Source: an uncultured Peptococcaceae bacterium | Lineage (GTDB): Bacteria; Bacillota; Dehalobacteriia; UBA4068 | Direction of reading: 5' to 3' | NCBI GenBank assembly: GCA_964372025.1 | Contig: CAYJPF010000002.1 | Location: forward strand, 9,999 to 73,998 | DNA: 64,000 bases | Shown: positions 1 through 10,100 of the stretch, one piece after another | Position numbering within the stretch: position 1 is the stretch's first letter | How the letters are laid out: every line of letters starts with the position of its first letter | Program-made: the position numbers and the translations under genes | The notes under the pieces: generated by a model | What the model saw: only the letters and a program-made list of their open reading frames with translations | Told to the model about the DNA's origin: nothing | Database searches by the model: none

Positions 1-431
1 AACTTTGCGAATCTAAGCTAGATTATAAGGATCGTACCTTTATTCTTGAGACTGGTTCACGTGGTGCGGCATTGTTTAGTAAAGCTGTTCTTGACGTAGT
101 ATCAGGATGGTCAGCGGTTAATTTCCTTGGTGGAAACGCAGCTAATCCAGCCGTGATTAGTAAGACATCTAGCGAACTTCATGACAACGCACTTAGCGCA
201 GGATTCCAGTTTACAGAGTTTAAAGCTCCTATGGGAGTAACTCTTAAAGTTGAGGTGAATCCAATGTATGATGACCCAGTACGTAATAAGATTCTTCATC
301 CAAGTGGTGGTGTAGCCGAGTCTTATCGCTTTGATATCATGAGCATTGGTTCTACAGAAGAGCCTAATATTCAACTTGCTAAAGTACGTGGCAAGGAAGA
401 GATTCGCGGTTATATGTGGGGATTAGCGGCG
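1..431 (+). CDS. late/structural gene, exon 1 (5' end lies outside the window); interrupted by a group I intron
   Basis: Frame 0 is open from the window start to TAA at 432-434 (...KEEIRGYMWGLAA*). Coding-like composition; it lies at the head of the late-gene strand. An intron core follows immediately downstream. Confidence 0.5.
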
Positions 432-1251
432 TAAGCCTTTACACATTTCTCAGTTCCCAGGCCCTGACCAATATCAGAAGAGAGGGCATAAAAAACAAGG
501 TTAATTGCTGGAAACTCTTTAGAGCTTTTAGTACCCAAAACTTCAAACATTTAAATATGGAAGAAACATGGAAAGATATTGAGGGATTTGAACATAAATA
601 TCAAATTAGTTCCCTCGGAAATATCAAATCAGTTGATAGAATTGATACATTAGGTAGATTTAAAAAATCTGCTTTACGTAAAAAATCTTTTGAGAAAGAT
701 GGATATGAGTATATTACTTTAATCGGAAGTAATAGCAAAACAAGATCTTTCTTCGTACATAGACTAGTAGCAAATGCTTTTGTTAAAAAGCCTGATATTG
801 ACACACTACAAGTAAATCATATCGATGGCAACAAATTAAATAATGCTAGCTCTAATCTAGAGTGGGTGACTCCACAACAAAATACTAAGCATGCGCTCAC
901 ATTAGGACTTCGCCCATCCGGAGAAGATCATCCGAATGCTAAACTAACTAATGCTCAAGTATTAGAGATTCCTACATTATTAAATTTAGGATATTCTCAG
1001 AAAAAGATTTCTATATTATATAATGTATCCTATTCAACTATTAAAAATATTTGCCAAAAACGTAAATGGCAATTTTTGGGTAACAATCTAAAAGATTAGA
1101 CAATCAGCAGCCAAGCTTCGCAAGAAGAAGGTTCAACGACTATCCCGTTCGGGAGTAGGACTCAAGTGAGTTCGAAACGCCTTGAATTAGTTATTTATTT
1201 AACTAATTAAGATATAGTCTGAACTCTCTAGAAATAGAGAGAGAATACATG
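432..1251 (+). mobile_element. group I intron (IA-like core) carrying an HNH homing endonuclease ORF
   Basis: The canonical group I conserved elements are all visible: P AATTGCTGGAAA (503-514), Q AATCAGCAGCC (1102-1112), R GTTCAACGACTAT (1131-1143) and S AAGATATAGTCT (1209-1220). A P9-like GNRA hairpin CTCTCTA-GAAA-TAGAGAG sits at 1224-1243. The endonuclease ORF lies between P and Q. Exact splice sites are not determined. Confidence 0.7.
557..1099 (+). CDS. HNH homing endonuclease (NUMOD4 + HNH_3-like) encoded inside the intron
   Basis: ATG at 557, TAG stop at 1097-1099. Motifs: EGFEHKYQISSLGNIKS (NUMOD4-like), HIDGNKLNNASSNLEWVTPQQN (HNH) and AKLTNAQVLEI. The track ORF start at 416 is an upstream intron-sequence extension. 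Confidence 0.85.
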   Translation: MEETWKDIEGFEHKYQISSLGNIKSVDRIDTLGRFKKSALRKKSFEKDGYEYITLIGSNSKTRSFFVHRLVANAFVKKPDIDTLQVNHIDGNKLNNASSNLEWVTPQQNTKHALTLGLRPSGEDHPNAKLTNAQVLEIPTLLNLGYSQKKISILYNVSYSTIKNICQKRKWQFLGNNLKD

Positions 1252-1427
1252 GAAACGATGTATTCGTAACGTATAATGTGAGAAATCCGTTTAATGGTAG
1301 TTCAAATAATCCATATATGTCGTATGCAGAGGACTCTGCACAAATCCACAAGATGGCTACTCTAGGTGTCTTTATCCTAGATCCAACTCGTACAATGAGT
1401 TTGATTCCAAATATTCTTGTAGAGTAA
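1252..1427 (+). CDS. putative exon 2 (C-terminal ~58 aa) of the intron-split late gene
   Basis: A frame 0 ORF, the same frame as exon 1, is open from 1218 to TAA at 1425-1427 (…NDVFVTYNVRNPFNGSSNNPYMSYAEDSAQIHKMATLGVFILDPTRTMSLIPNILVE*). A plausible terminal intron G sits at 1251. The junction codon could be T|GA (Trp). Boundaries are inferred, not proven. Confidence 0.35.
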
Positions 1428-1438
1428 TATATATATAA

Positions 1439-1464
1439 AGGGGAAGATTTCTTCCCCTATTTTA
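1439..1464 (+). terminator. rho-independent terminator-like hairpin
   Basis: GGGGAAG-ATTT-CTTCCCC stem-loop followed by a T run (aaaggggaagatttcttcccctatttt), immediately after the split gene. Confidence 0.5.
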
Positions 1465-1475
1465 AAAATAAAATT

Positions 1476-2468
1476 ATGGGAGAAAAAATAGATAACTTAG
1501 ATTTTAATCTTGATGCACTAGATCAAGGTGGGGTGGCAGTGGAATTATCTGCGACTCCTTCAAAAACTAAAGTAAGGGGACGAACTAAGGCTGCCCCAAT
1601 TGATATGGAGGTAGACAATTGTCTCCTAAATGAAAAGATCATTGTAAGAAAAATACTCAAGCCAAAAGGGGAGATTACAAATACGGGACATGTGTTATAT
1701 GGCGGTATGGCCGATAATGCTGTTCAGTACATAACTCTTCCCATGAAATCTACGGGAGGGTATAAAAATGCGCTTACCAAGTCTGAAAAAGCTTTCCTAG
1801 AGGAAGCTATGGGACTAGAGGATAACGCGTTGTCAGTTCATCTTAAAAATGATAATTACTGGGAATCAGAGCATGCGATTGTTCGCTTAACTAAATCTGA
1901 CACAATTTTAGATTTATCTGATCCTACTGATTATATCAAGTATAAGATTCTTACGGCTAATTCTGGAATTATCGCAGATAGTCTAGGGACTATGCAGTCT
2001 AGACCTAAAGAGACCTACCAGTATGTAATTATTCGTACAGGGGAGGAGACTAAGTCTCTTAATGAAGAAATGACTCTTTCTATGCAAGCTTCTTTGGAAT
2101 TAGGCAAAGTTATGGAGAATAAAGATATTTTAAAATATCTCATTGAGACACTTGAAGGAAAGGCAGTATCAGACAATAGTTCTCTACAATGATTACAAGC
2201 ACAAGCATTTAAAAATATGAAGAGTAATACTAAATTATTTATTACTATTCTTCAAGATCCAGCAATTACTACAAAGGTTTTGATTAGAGAGGCAGTCAAT
2301 CACGGTCTTCTTCGTAAAAGAGGAGATTGGTATTATACCTCTGACAACTTACCATTGTCTGTATCAAATCAAGATCCTACTATGGAAATTGCGGCTAAGT
2401 ATCTTAATTCTCCAAAGAATCAAGAGTTTAAATTAATGCTTGATACTAAAATTAAAGCATTAAAGTAA
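1476..2468 (+). CDS. hypothetical late protein (~330 aa; one in-frame TGA at 2190)
   Basis: Track ORFs 1476-2192 and 2217-2468 share frame 0 and are separated only by TGA. There are no TAA/TAG codons in between. Stop is TAA at 2466-2468. Confidence 0.7.
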
Positions 2469-2469
2469 T

Positions 2470-3213
2470 ATGAATTCTAGCGAAATAATTCAAAAGTTTA
2501 ATTTGCATTATGATAATATTTTGAGTGCAGCTGCTCCAGGAATAAATGAATATGAAATGTCATTATTTCTTACACAAGCTCATTTGGAAATAGTATCTAA
2601 CTTTTTTACAGGAACTTCCCAAGGAAGATCATTGGATGTTACAGAATTTGAGAAGTCCTTATTCTCTAGATATATTCTAAAGGCTACTTTGGATTCTTCT
2701 ATAACACAACCTTTAGATGTAATTTTAGCTAAAGAATATACGGTGCCTTTAATAGAAGAGTGTATATTTATACTTAATGAAAAATGTATCGCTAATAATT
2801 CCTTTGTATTAGTTAAACCTGTAAGCCTTGATACTGAATATATTTGATTAGACAATCCCTTTAGGAGGCCATCTACTAGAAAGTATTGACGAGTAGACAG
2901 GCAATCAAAGGACTCTGTATATCGTAATGTAACACTGGTTACTCCGGTAGATTCTGGGCAATTTCAATACCAATATACGTATGTAAAGATGCCCGAGCCT
3001 ATCATAATAACTAGCCTACAAGAAGAGCCGTATAACTCCTTAGGGCTAAGCATTCGAGGAATAATCTCTAATACAGTAGACGGTGCTTTGGGCGAAGCTA
3101 TTTCTCCCATGCTATGAGAACTTATTATTAATAGAGCTGTTGAATTAGCTACTAGGGACTATAAAGAAAACACCTTAGCTAACATAGCAGCTATGAATCA
3201 ACGTAACGAATAA
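2470..3213 (+). CDS. hypothetical late protein (~247 aa; in-frame TGA at 2845, 2887, 3115)
   Basis: Frame 1 read codon by codon from 2470: only TGA interrupts, until TAA at 3211-3213. The stop lies 11 nt before the next start. Confidence 0.7.
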
Positions 3214-3224
3214 ATTAAATAAAT

Positions 3225-4244
3225 ATGGCAACATATAGTGAAAATAGTGTAAAACACGTAATTGTGGCAAATGCCGCAGACGCAGTAACTGTCGTGGATG
3301 TAGCTACTGGCAAACCAGTCGTAGCATCTGGCGCAACAGCTGCGCAAGTTAATGCTGCAGATGTAAAATCTTTCTACTTTAACTACCTAAACGCAGAGGG
3401 CCAAAAAGTATTCTCTGATATTATAGAGAAAGATAAGCTTCGCAAGTATTCTAAAGCTACTTACAAAGCGCCTACTCAACGCGCAGTAACAATTGATTTT
3501 GTAGAGGATGTACTAACTCCTAATACAGAATATATGCTCCGTATCCTCATTCGTGAAGTAATGTCTGGATCTGTAGAAGATACTTTGAACGGCGTAGCAT
3601 CAGTTGTTACATCTTCTTCTGCGGATGCCGCAACTCTGCTTAAAGATCTTACTTCAGGCTTTAAGAAAGACATCGAGCGTATGTATGGTGTAGCAGGCAA
3701 AGCCTTTAATAAAATGGATTGGCCTGTCCTAGAAGTAACAGAAACTGCTACGGGCATTGTAATTAAGGAGGTAGCTCCTGAGTATAAACCGTGGATTCTA
3801 GGCAAAGTGCAGTTGACTTCTTATAATTTTGAAGTGCTGCCGTCTCCACAAGCTACTCTCACTGCTACAGGTAATACTGCAAATGAGAGTTTTGATTGGG
3901 TAGTAAAGAAAGGTAATCTCTACAGCTCTGTAGTCGGAGGCTCGTTGGGCAATGGCTATGGTAAAGTAGCAGCAGACCAAGAATTCTTCTACCATGGAGA
4001 AATTGGTGATGTGTATCGTGGTGTAAATTATCCTTATAACATTACTACTATGTACATGATTGACCCTGCGAAGAATTATGACACAATTGATTTGTCATTC
4101 TACTTCCGTGGTGTAGGTACATCTCCACAAGCTTCGGAGAAACAATTATTGCTTTTCTGTGCACACGCAACTAGTGAGGCATCAGGTACTGAAGGTGCTA
4201 TTTCTTTAGACATCACAGAGGTTCTTGACGCTATTACAGCATAA
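3225..4244 (+). CDS. abundant virion structural protein (339 aa; putative capsid or decoration protein)
   Basis: Clean ORF with a TAA stop. Strongly biased, Ala/Thr/Val-rich composition typical of a highly expressed structural protein. All Trp codons are TGG and none are TGA. A hairpin follows the gene. Confidence 0.7.
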   Translation: MATYSENSVKHVIVANAADAVTVVDVATGKPVVASGATAAQVNAADVKSFYFNYLNAEGQKVFSDIIEKDKLRKYSKATYKAPTQRAVTIDFVEDVLTPNTEYMLRILIREVMSGSVEDTLNGVASVVTSSSADAATLLKDLTSGFKKDIERMYGVAGKAFNKMDWPVLEVTETATGIVIKEVAPEYKPWILGKVQLTSYNFEVLPSPQATLTATGNTANESFDWVVKKGNLYSSVVGGSLGNGYGKVAADQEFFYHGEIGDVYRGVNYPYNITTMYMIDPAKNYDTIDLSFYFRGVGTSPQASEKQLLLFCAHATSEASGTEGAISLDITEVLDAITA

Positions 4245-4285
4245 TTATATTACTTTTAATAGTAATAAAATATTACAATACTTCC

Positions 4286-4340
4286 AAAATCCTTGTAAAT
4301 TTAAGTTTAATCACTTATATTTACGAGGATTTTATTGTAT
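4286..4340 (+). terminator. possible terminator hairpin after the abundant structural gene
   Basis: Imperfect inverted repeat AAAATCCTTGTAAAT (4286-4300) / ATTTACGAGGATTTT (4319-4333), followed by a T-rich stretch. The loop is long (~18 nt), so confidence is low. Confidence 0.3.
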
Positions 4341-4369
4341 ATATACAATACGTAATTAAAACATTTATT

Positions 4370-5290
4370 ATGACTATTGAAAATTTATTAAAAGTATTTA
4401 TAGAAAAACCATATTTAGTAAAAATGGGTAAAGGCTCTTTGAGCAAAAGATTGCGCGCTACTCCGAAAGAAATAATGGCCGCTAAAAAAGCATATTATGC
4501 ACAGTATAGAAAAACTGCTCCTATGCCTAAAATATTAATTCTTGATATAGAGACCGCTCCCCATAAAGCTTTTGTATGAAGACTTTGGAAAGAGAATGTA
4601 GGGCTATCACAAATAATTAGTGATTGGTATATGATCTGCTGGAGTGCTAAGTGGCTTATGGGAGAAACGGTTTTTGGAGAGACTCTTACTCCTAAAGAAG
4701 CAAGAGAACAAAATGATAAACGTATAGTAGAGTCTCTTCGAGAGCTATTAAATTCCGCTGATATTATTATTACTCACAATGGTAAGCGGTTTGATGTCCC
4801 TAAAATAAACACTCGTTTGCTTCTCCACAATTTATCCCCAGTTGCGGGATACCATCACATCGATACGTGTGAAATTGCTCGTAGACAATTTGGCTTCTCT
4901 TCTAATAAATTAGATTTTATAGCTACTTCTTTTGGAATCCCCAATAAATTACATACTACTTTTGAGTTATGGTCTGGCTGTGTTGAAGGAAATAGAGAGT
5001 CTTTAGAAAACATGCTTACTTATAATAAAAGAGATGTGGAAATTCTAGAATCTGTATATCTTAGATTACGACCTTGGATTAAGAATCATCCTAATGTAGC
5101 TTTATATTATGAGAGTGATGAGATGCGCTGTCCTAATTGCGGTGGACAAAATTTAACTGAAGGAAAAATTTACTATACCTCAGTTCAAAAATATATGACA
5201 TACACTTGTGAATGTGGAGCCACTGCTCGTGTTCGTCAATCTATTCCAATTGAAAATGCGGATATATTACTAACAAATAATTTACGTTAA
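4370..5290 (+). CDS. DnaQ-like DEDD 3'-5' exonuclease with a C-terminal Zn-ribbon (one TGA at 4577)
   Basis: Track ORFs 4370-4579 and 4631-5290 share frame 2 and are joined across TGA. Motifs: ILILDIETAP (Exo I), ITHNGKRFDVP (Exo II), YNKRDVEIL (Exo III), CPNCGG…CECG. Confidence 0.7.
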
Positions 5291-5967
5291 TGATAACTTA
5301 TAGAGAATTAGTTTATATGATTCTAGATGAATGTAAGCAGACTTACGATGACTCCAGAATAGAACCTGAACATATTATATTTCTTATAAATAAATATAGA
5401 GCTATATTTATTAAACAAAGGTATGGAGGGATTAAAAAGAATGTTCCTAAGCCTTATTATCAAACATTTACAGTGCCAAGTTCTGCGTATGATAATTTAA
5501 TTTTAGGTGATTTTAAAAGTATAAAAACTTCTATACAAATACCTAATATTCTAAATGTTCATGGTACATTATTAGAAACAATAGTTTCATTCAAAGACGA
5601 CTCAGAACTTGATGCAATTCCGATTGCTTTCATTAATCCTGAGAGATTTAAGTTCGTAGGAAATAACCCTTGGCTAAAAGATTTTATATACACTACTATT
5701 AGTCATGATAATTATTTTTGCATCAAAGGATACGTTCAGAAATATTTTGGCAAAGCCCTCTTGATTAAAGCCATTTTTGAAAATCCAATGGAATTATCTA
5801 CGGAAGAGCCATTAGATGTAATTTGTCCGATAGAGCATGCATTGATACAGCCTATAGTGGAATCTGTGTTAAAAGAGTTATTGCCTATATTATATATACC
5901 GACAGATGTAAAAAATGATTCTGCGGACGACCTTTTAATAAGTACAACTAATGGCGTTGGGAAATAG
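5290..5967 (+). CDS. hypothetical late protein (225 aa)
   Basis: Uninterrupted ORF with a TAG stop at 5965-5967. TAG acts as a terminator here; TAA follows two codons later. Confidence 0.65.
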   Translation: MITYRELVYMILDECKQTYDDSRIEPEHIIFLINKYRAIFIKQRYGGIKKNVPKPYYQTFTVPSSAYDNLILGDFKSIKTSIQIPNILNVHGTLLETIVSFKDDSELDAIPIAFINPERFKFVGNNPWLKDFIYTTISHDNYFCIKGYVQKYFGKALLIKAIFENPMELSTEEPLDVICPIEHALIQPIVESVLKELLPILYIPTDVKNDSADDLLISTTNGVGK

Positions 5968-6481
5968 ACCTAAGTACGGTAAGTGAATTACTAAATCAAT
6001 TACTATAAAGGGGGCACTAACATGATATAGAAATCATAGGGGATTAAATAAAGAAAGCGTTATTCCGGAAGCTAAATATTATAAACTCATTAGGTTTATT
6101 AATAACTCAATCAAAGATAATTTATGTGAGGGAAAGGAGTTTGTATTCCCCTATAGATTGGGGAAATTATACGTAGACCAATACACTCCAAAAAATTATA
6201 TCACACATGAGGGCAAATTTAAATCCACATTCCCTATAGATTGGCCTACTACTAGGCAATTATGAGAAGAGGATGAAGAAGCTAGGTTAAATAAACAATT
6301 GGTTAGATATGAGGAAGACGCTCTATGCTGCGTACGTTATTCTAGACTGAGAGTAGGATATAAAAATTCAAATTATATTTCATTTAAGCCCCACCGTGAA
6401 TTACGAAAGTCTGTATTCGCAGCATTTCGAGAAAATAAATTTACACCATTTAAAAAACAAAAATATTATGGGAAGTTATAA
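5951..6481 (+). CDS. hypothetical protein (frame 2; in-frame TGA at 5984, 6023, 6263)
   Basis: Frame 2 is open from ATG 5951 to TAA 6479-6481 if TGA is sense. It fills an otherwise ORF-free 500-bp gap. The start codon is uncertain. Confidence 0.4.
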
Positions 6482-7187
6482 ATATACATCAGTAAAAACA
6501 GTGTTTGACCAAGCATTGAGGAATCCGTTATTAAATGGGCTCTCCTTCGAAGCTATGGTGGATTACACTATATCTTTCTTACATATTGTAGGAGTTCCTG
6601 CAGAGTTTGTAGATAAACTGTATACGGTTGATTATGACAATTATAGAGCACCTATTCCAGAGGATTTCGTAGAATGTAATCAATTATTAATAGATAATAT
6701 AGTGGCTAGATGAGCGACTGACACAATGCATACTTTTTACGCAGACCTTCCCTCAGATAATAGTTATATTAATGCTACAAATTTCTATCGTCCGACGGAC
6801 CTAACTTTTTCTATAAATAATAGTTATATATTTACTTCTAAAAAGAAGGGCACTATTAATATGTCATATAAAGCAATTCCAGTGGGGGAAGAAGGGCTCC
6901 CAATGATACCGGACGATCATGTATTTTTTAAAGCGCTCCGCCTCTTCATTGAAAAAGAGCATTGTAGGATATTATATTTAAACGATAAATTAGCAGGAGA
7001 TAAATTTAATAAGATCGAGCAGGATTATTACTGGGCAGTAGGTCAATGAGAAACTTCTTCTAGACAATTAAATCTATCTAAGGCAGAGGCCCTATTTAAT
7101 TCTTTTCGCACTCTTATTGTTCGAGATTCTGAATTTAAGAATAGATTTAGGAATGACGGCGCAAAAGAAAAATTATTAAATCATTAA
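6468..7187 (+). CDS. hypothetical late protein (~239 aa; TGA at 6711 and 7047)
   Basis: Track ORFs 6396-6713 and 6726-7049 are in frame 0 and joined by TGA. The frame continues through TGA 7047 to TAA at 7185-7187. ATG at 6468; an alternative GTG start is at 6396. Confidence 0.5.
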
Positions 7188-7188
7188 T

Positions 7189-10100
7189 ATGGAAATTAAA
7201 TCATCAGCTCCTTATGTTATCCAAGGGATGAATCAAGATCTTGGAGAAGCAGTCTACAATCCACAATTTTCATTTGAGAATCGAAATATTAAGATTGTAG
7301 CAGATAAGGATAATACAGCCTTTACAATAACTAGTGAGCAGGGCAATGAACGCATTTATTTTGATAGGGACATAGAAGGCGTGTGTATAGGCTCTGCTAC
7401 ATTATCGAACTATATAATTATATTTACACATAGCGACCTATGAGGAGGAACCGATCGAATCTATAGAATAAAAGACTTAAAAGAGTTAAATCTATTATAT
7501 GAAGGAGATTTAAATTTTTCTTTTGATAATTTATTAGAAGTTTTGTCAGATTATGAATCTGAGTCCACTCAGAAATTATATTGAACAGATGGAGTGAATC
7601 CAGTGAGGATGCTTTCTATATTAGGCGACATCCCTAAAAGTGCTTGGGAAGATCCTACTTATTTCGACTTTGTCCCTAATGTACAATTATATGATATATG
7701 TAGTATTACTAAGAACAATTATGGAGGACAGTTTGCTCCAGGAGTTATTCAATATGCATACTCATATATACGAGAGTGGCAAGGAGTAGAAACTAATATA
7801 ATTAATACATCGGATCTTAATTATATTTCTTATACTAATTTAGCTGGTTCTCCCGAAGACATTTGTTCTAATAGTTTCTCATTAAGACTCTCCGGCTTAG
7901 ATACAGATTATAAGTACGTGAGGATTTATTCTATACACAGAACTTCTTTGGATGCAATTCCCACTATAAAAAGTGTAGCAGAATTGGAGATATTGCCCCC
8001 TAATAATACTTTAGAGGGATTGTCAGACATGTCTTTTGTACAATTTATAGAATCTTTCCAAAGTACTATAAGGAATAATGCCAGTTTACCACAACAATAC
8101 ACGGCTGCTACGTTAACTACTGAGTTAGTTAAACTAACTTCTGAATATGAACAACTTGTCGCTTTTATTATTCATAAATATCAAATAGATATCACCGAGC
8201 TGAATAACAGCTTATTTACTCTCAAGGAAGTAGCAGAATTAATTTGAAGTACCTACACACCATATGTAGTATGTACAGACACCGGCATTGAGGGATATCC
8301 AATTGATCCTACTTCTTTGCTATATAAAAATATTAATTCTATTGTAGCAGAAACAATCTCTAGTAAAGATTCTACGCTATTTTTAGGAAATTATTCCATT
8401 CCCTCTGATGATATTCCCCCCATTACGCATTTAGCAGTAGGCACTAAAATAACCGCATCTGAAGTATTTGTAGAATCTAAATATTATTCAGATACACAAA
8501 GAGCATATTATTTTTACATAACTAATACCAATAAGCCTCCTACTAAGAACATAGTAATGGAGTTGGTATATAGGGATCTATCTGGAGATACGGTGCATAC
8601 AGAAGTTATACAGGCAGGCAGTTTTAAGTCTAATGATATAATTATTCCCACTGCCGGAGCAATAGTGGATATACGATTAGCCAACGATTCTCCTGTAACA
8701 GATGATAATTATGTTTATTACTACGGTACAAAACCAATTTTACCAGAGTCTAATAATATAAGTGCGTTTGAATGAGGTTATAGAAATTATATAAAAGCCG
8801 AAGATTCTACTTCAATTGATACATATACATATACTCCGTATTCATTGGAAAATGGCTCGGGGTATAGTAAACATTTTAAAAAAGGTCAGCCGTACCAGTT
8901 TGCGTTACAAGGACAATTTAATAATGGAAAGTGGGGAGACCCTATTCCTATAGGCGAATATACGGATACGGGTAATATAAATTACTATCTTACTCCTAAT
9001 AAATCATTTTTGTTAGATCCTGTCAGGACATCCAAATATACAATTCCGCATACGCTAACTGATCTCACGAATAACAATGGAGTACCCTCTATTTATTCAA
9101 ATAGTGATAAACAATTAACCTTAGAATATCCACTGTCTGATAATATAGCCTATAAACCCTCGTATTCAAGAGCAGACGGCTCCACTTCAGTATGGCCATT
9201 TATATACAAAGACTTTAATATAGACAATGCTAATCAATATTTAGCATACTATACTAAATATAAAGTTAATAATACATTTAAAGACTGCATGTGATTGGGA
9301 GATCCATCACAACCAATGGCTTCTACACAGCTGCTCTATAAAACTAATGAATATAATCTATCTTCTATTCCTACTAACATTGAGAACGTTACGTGGGACA
9401 CTGATTTTACTAAATTATATTTAAATAAATTACGCATACAGCTATCTTCTGCGCAATCCGAAGCACTATATAATTTAGGGTATAGAAAAGTTAGGCTATT
9501 ATATATTCCGCCTAATAAATCACAACGGAAATATCCTGCACAAGGATTTTTAACTAATACTATATTCTCGCCTAAGTTTAGAGCAACTAATGCTCCCTGG
9601 GCTGCTACGGATTATAGGGCTCGTCCAAAGGAAGTATATAGAATGTATAATGAAAATACTGAGGCATTTAAATATTGGTCTAATAATTCTATTACCGTTG
9701 AGGCATTGGATGATTCTGGAAGCACTATTTCTACACAGCGATATCACAGATCTCCGTACTTTGTGCCATTTGTAAATAAATATTTTTATAAAGATGGGGA
9801 TTCTATAAGTATATTACGTCATAATTATGGGCACCTTATGCCTATAAATAAAGAATTTGCGGCCCCCTCAATCAAAGAACAAACTATAGTACCTTTTCTT
9901 GAGACACCTGGCGCAGATGACAATATCGATTATAATGCGAAGAATCATTCGTATCAACCTGCATTAGTGGATTTATCCGATCAGCACTTCTACATGGATG
10001 AGAATATTGTAGACTTTTGGAGCCCTGATATAGAATTCCAAGAAGCAGAGCAACAATTTTATGAAAATGCTACTGCAAGAATAAAAATTAGGGGCACAAG

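Noticed and set aside
111-374. Minus-strand ORF antisense to the exon-1 coding region. Similar antisense or alternate-frame ORFs occur at 601-804, 2580-2855, 3476-3995, 9550-9775, 11289-11513, 13235-13474, 14210-14449, 15117-15341, 15603-15803, 16035-16451, 16536-16721, 18727-19279, 19564-19881, 21028-21273, 22099-22311, 22360-22602, 22792-22995, 24336-24527, 28696-28995 and 31071-31298.
   Set aside because: Each lies entirely inside a long, motif-bearing gene on the other strand or in another frame. None has a motif or context of its own. These are typical shadow ORFs of AT-rich coding DNA.
416-556. N-terminal 47-aa extension of the first HNH ORF as drawn in the track (MGISGVSLYTFLSS…).
   Set aside because: It overlaps the exon-1 stop and runs through the intron P1/P2 region and the P element. 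The recognisable NUMOD4 motif begins right after ATG 557.
4245-4369. Intergenic regions scanned for tRNA genes, especially a TGA-reading tRNA-Trp(UCA). The regions are 4245-4369, 34764-34814 and 62799-63158; 5968-6466 turned out to be coding.
   Set aside because: No cloverleaf-compatible sequence with conserved T-loop GTTCRANYC was recognised. The regions are short and mostly hairpin/terminator-like or coding. A suppressor tRNA, if phage-encoded, is probably outside this window.
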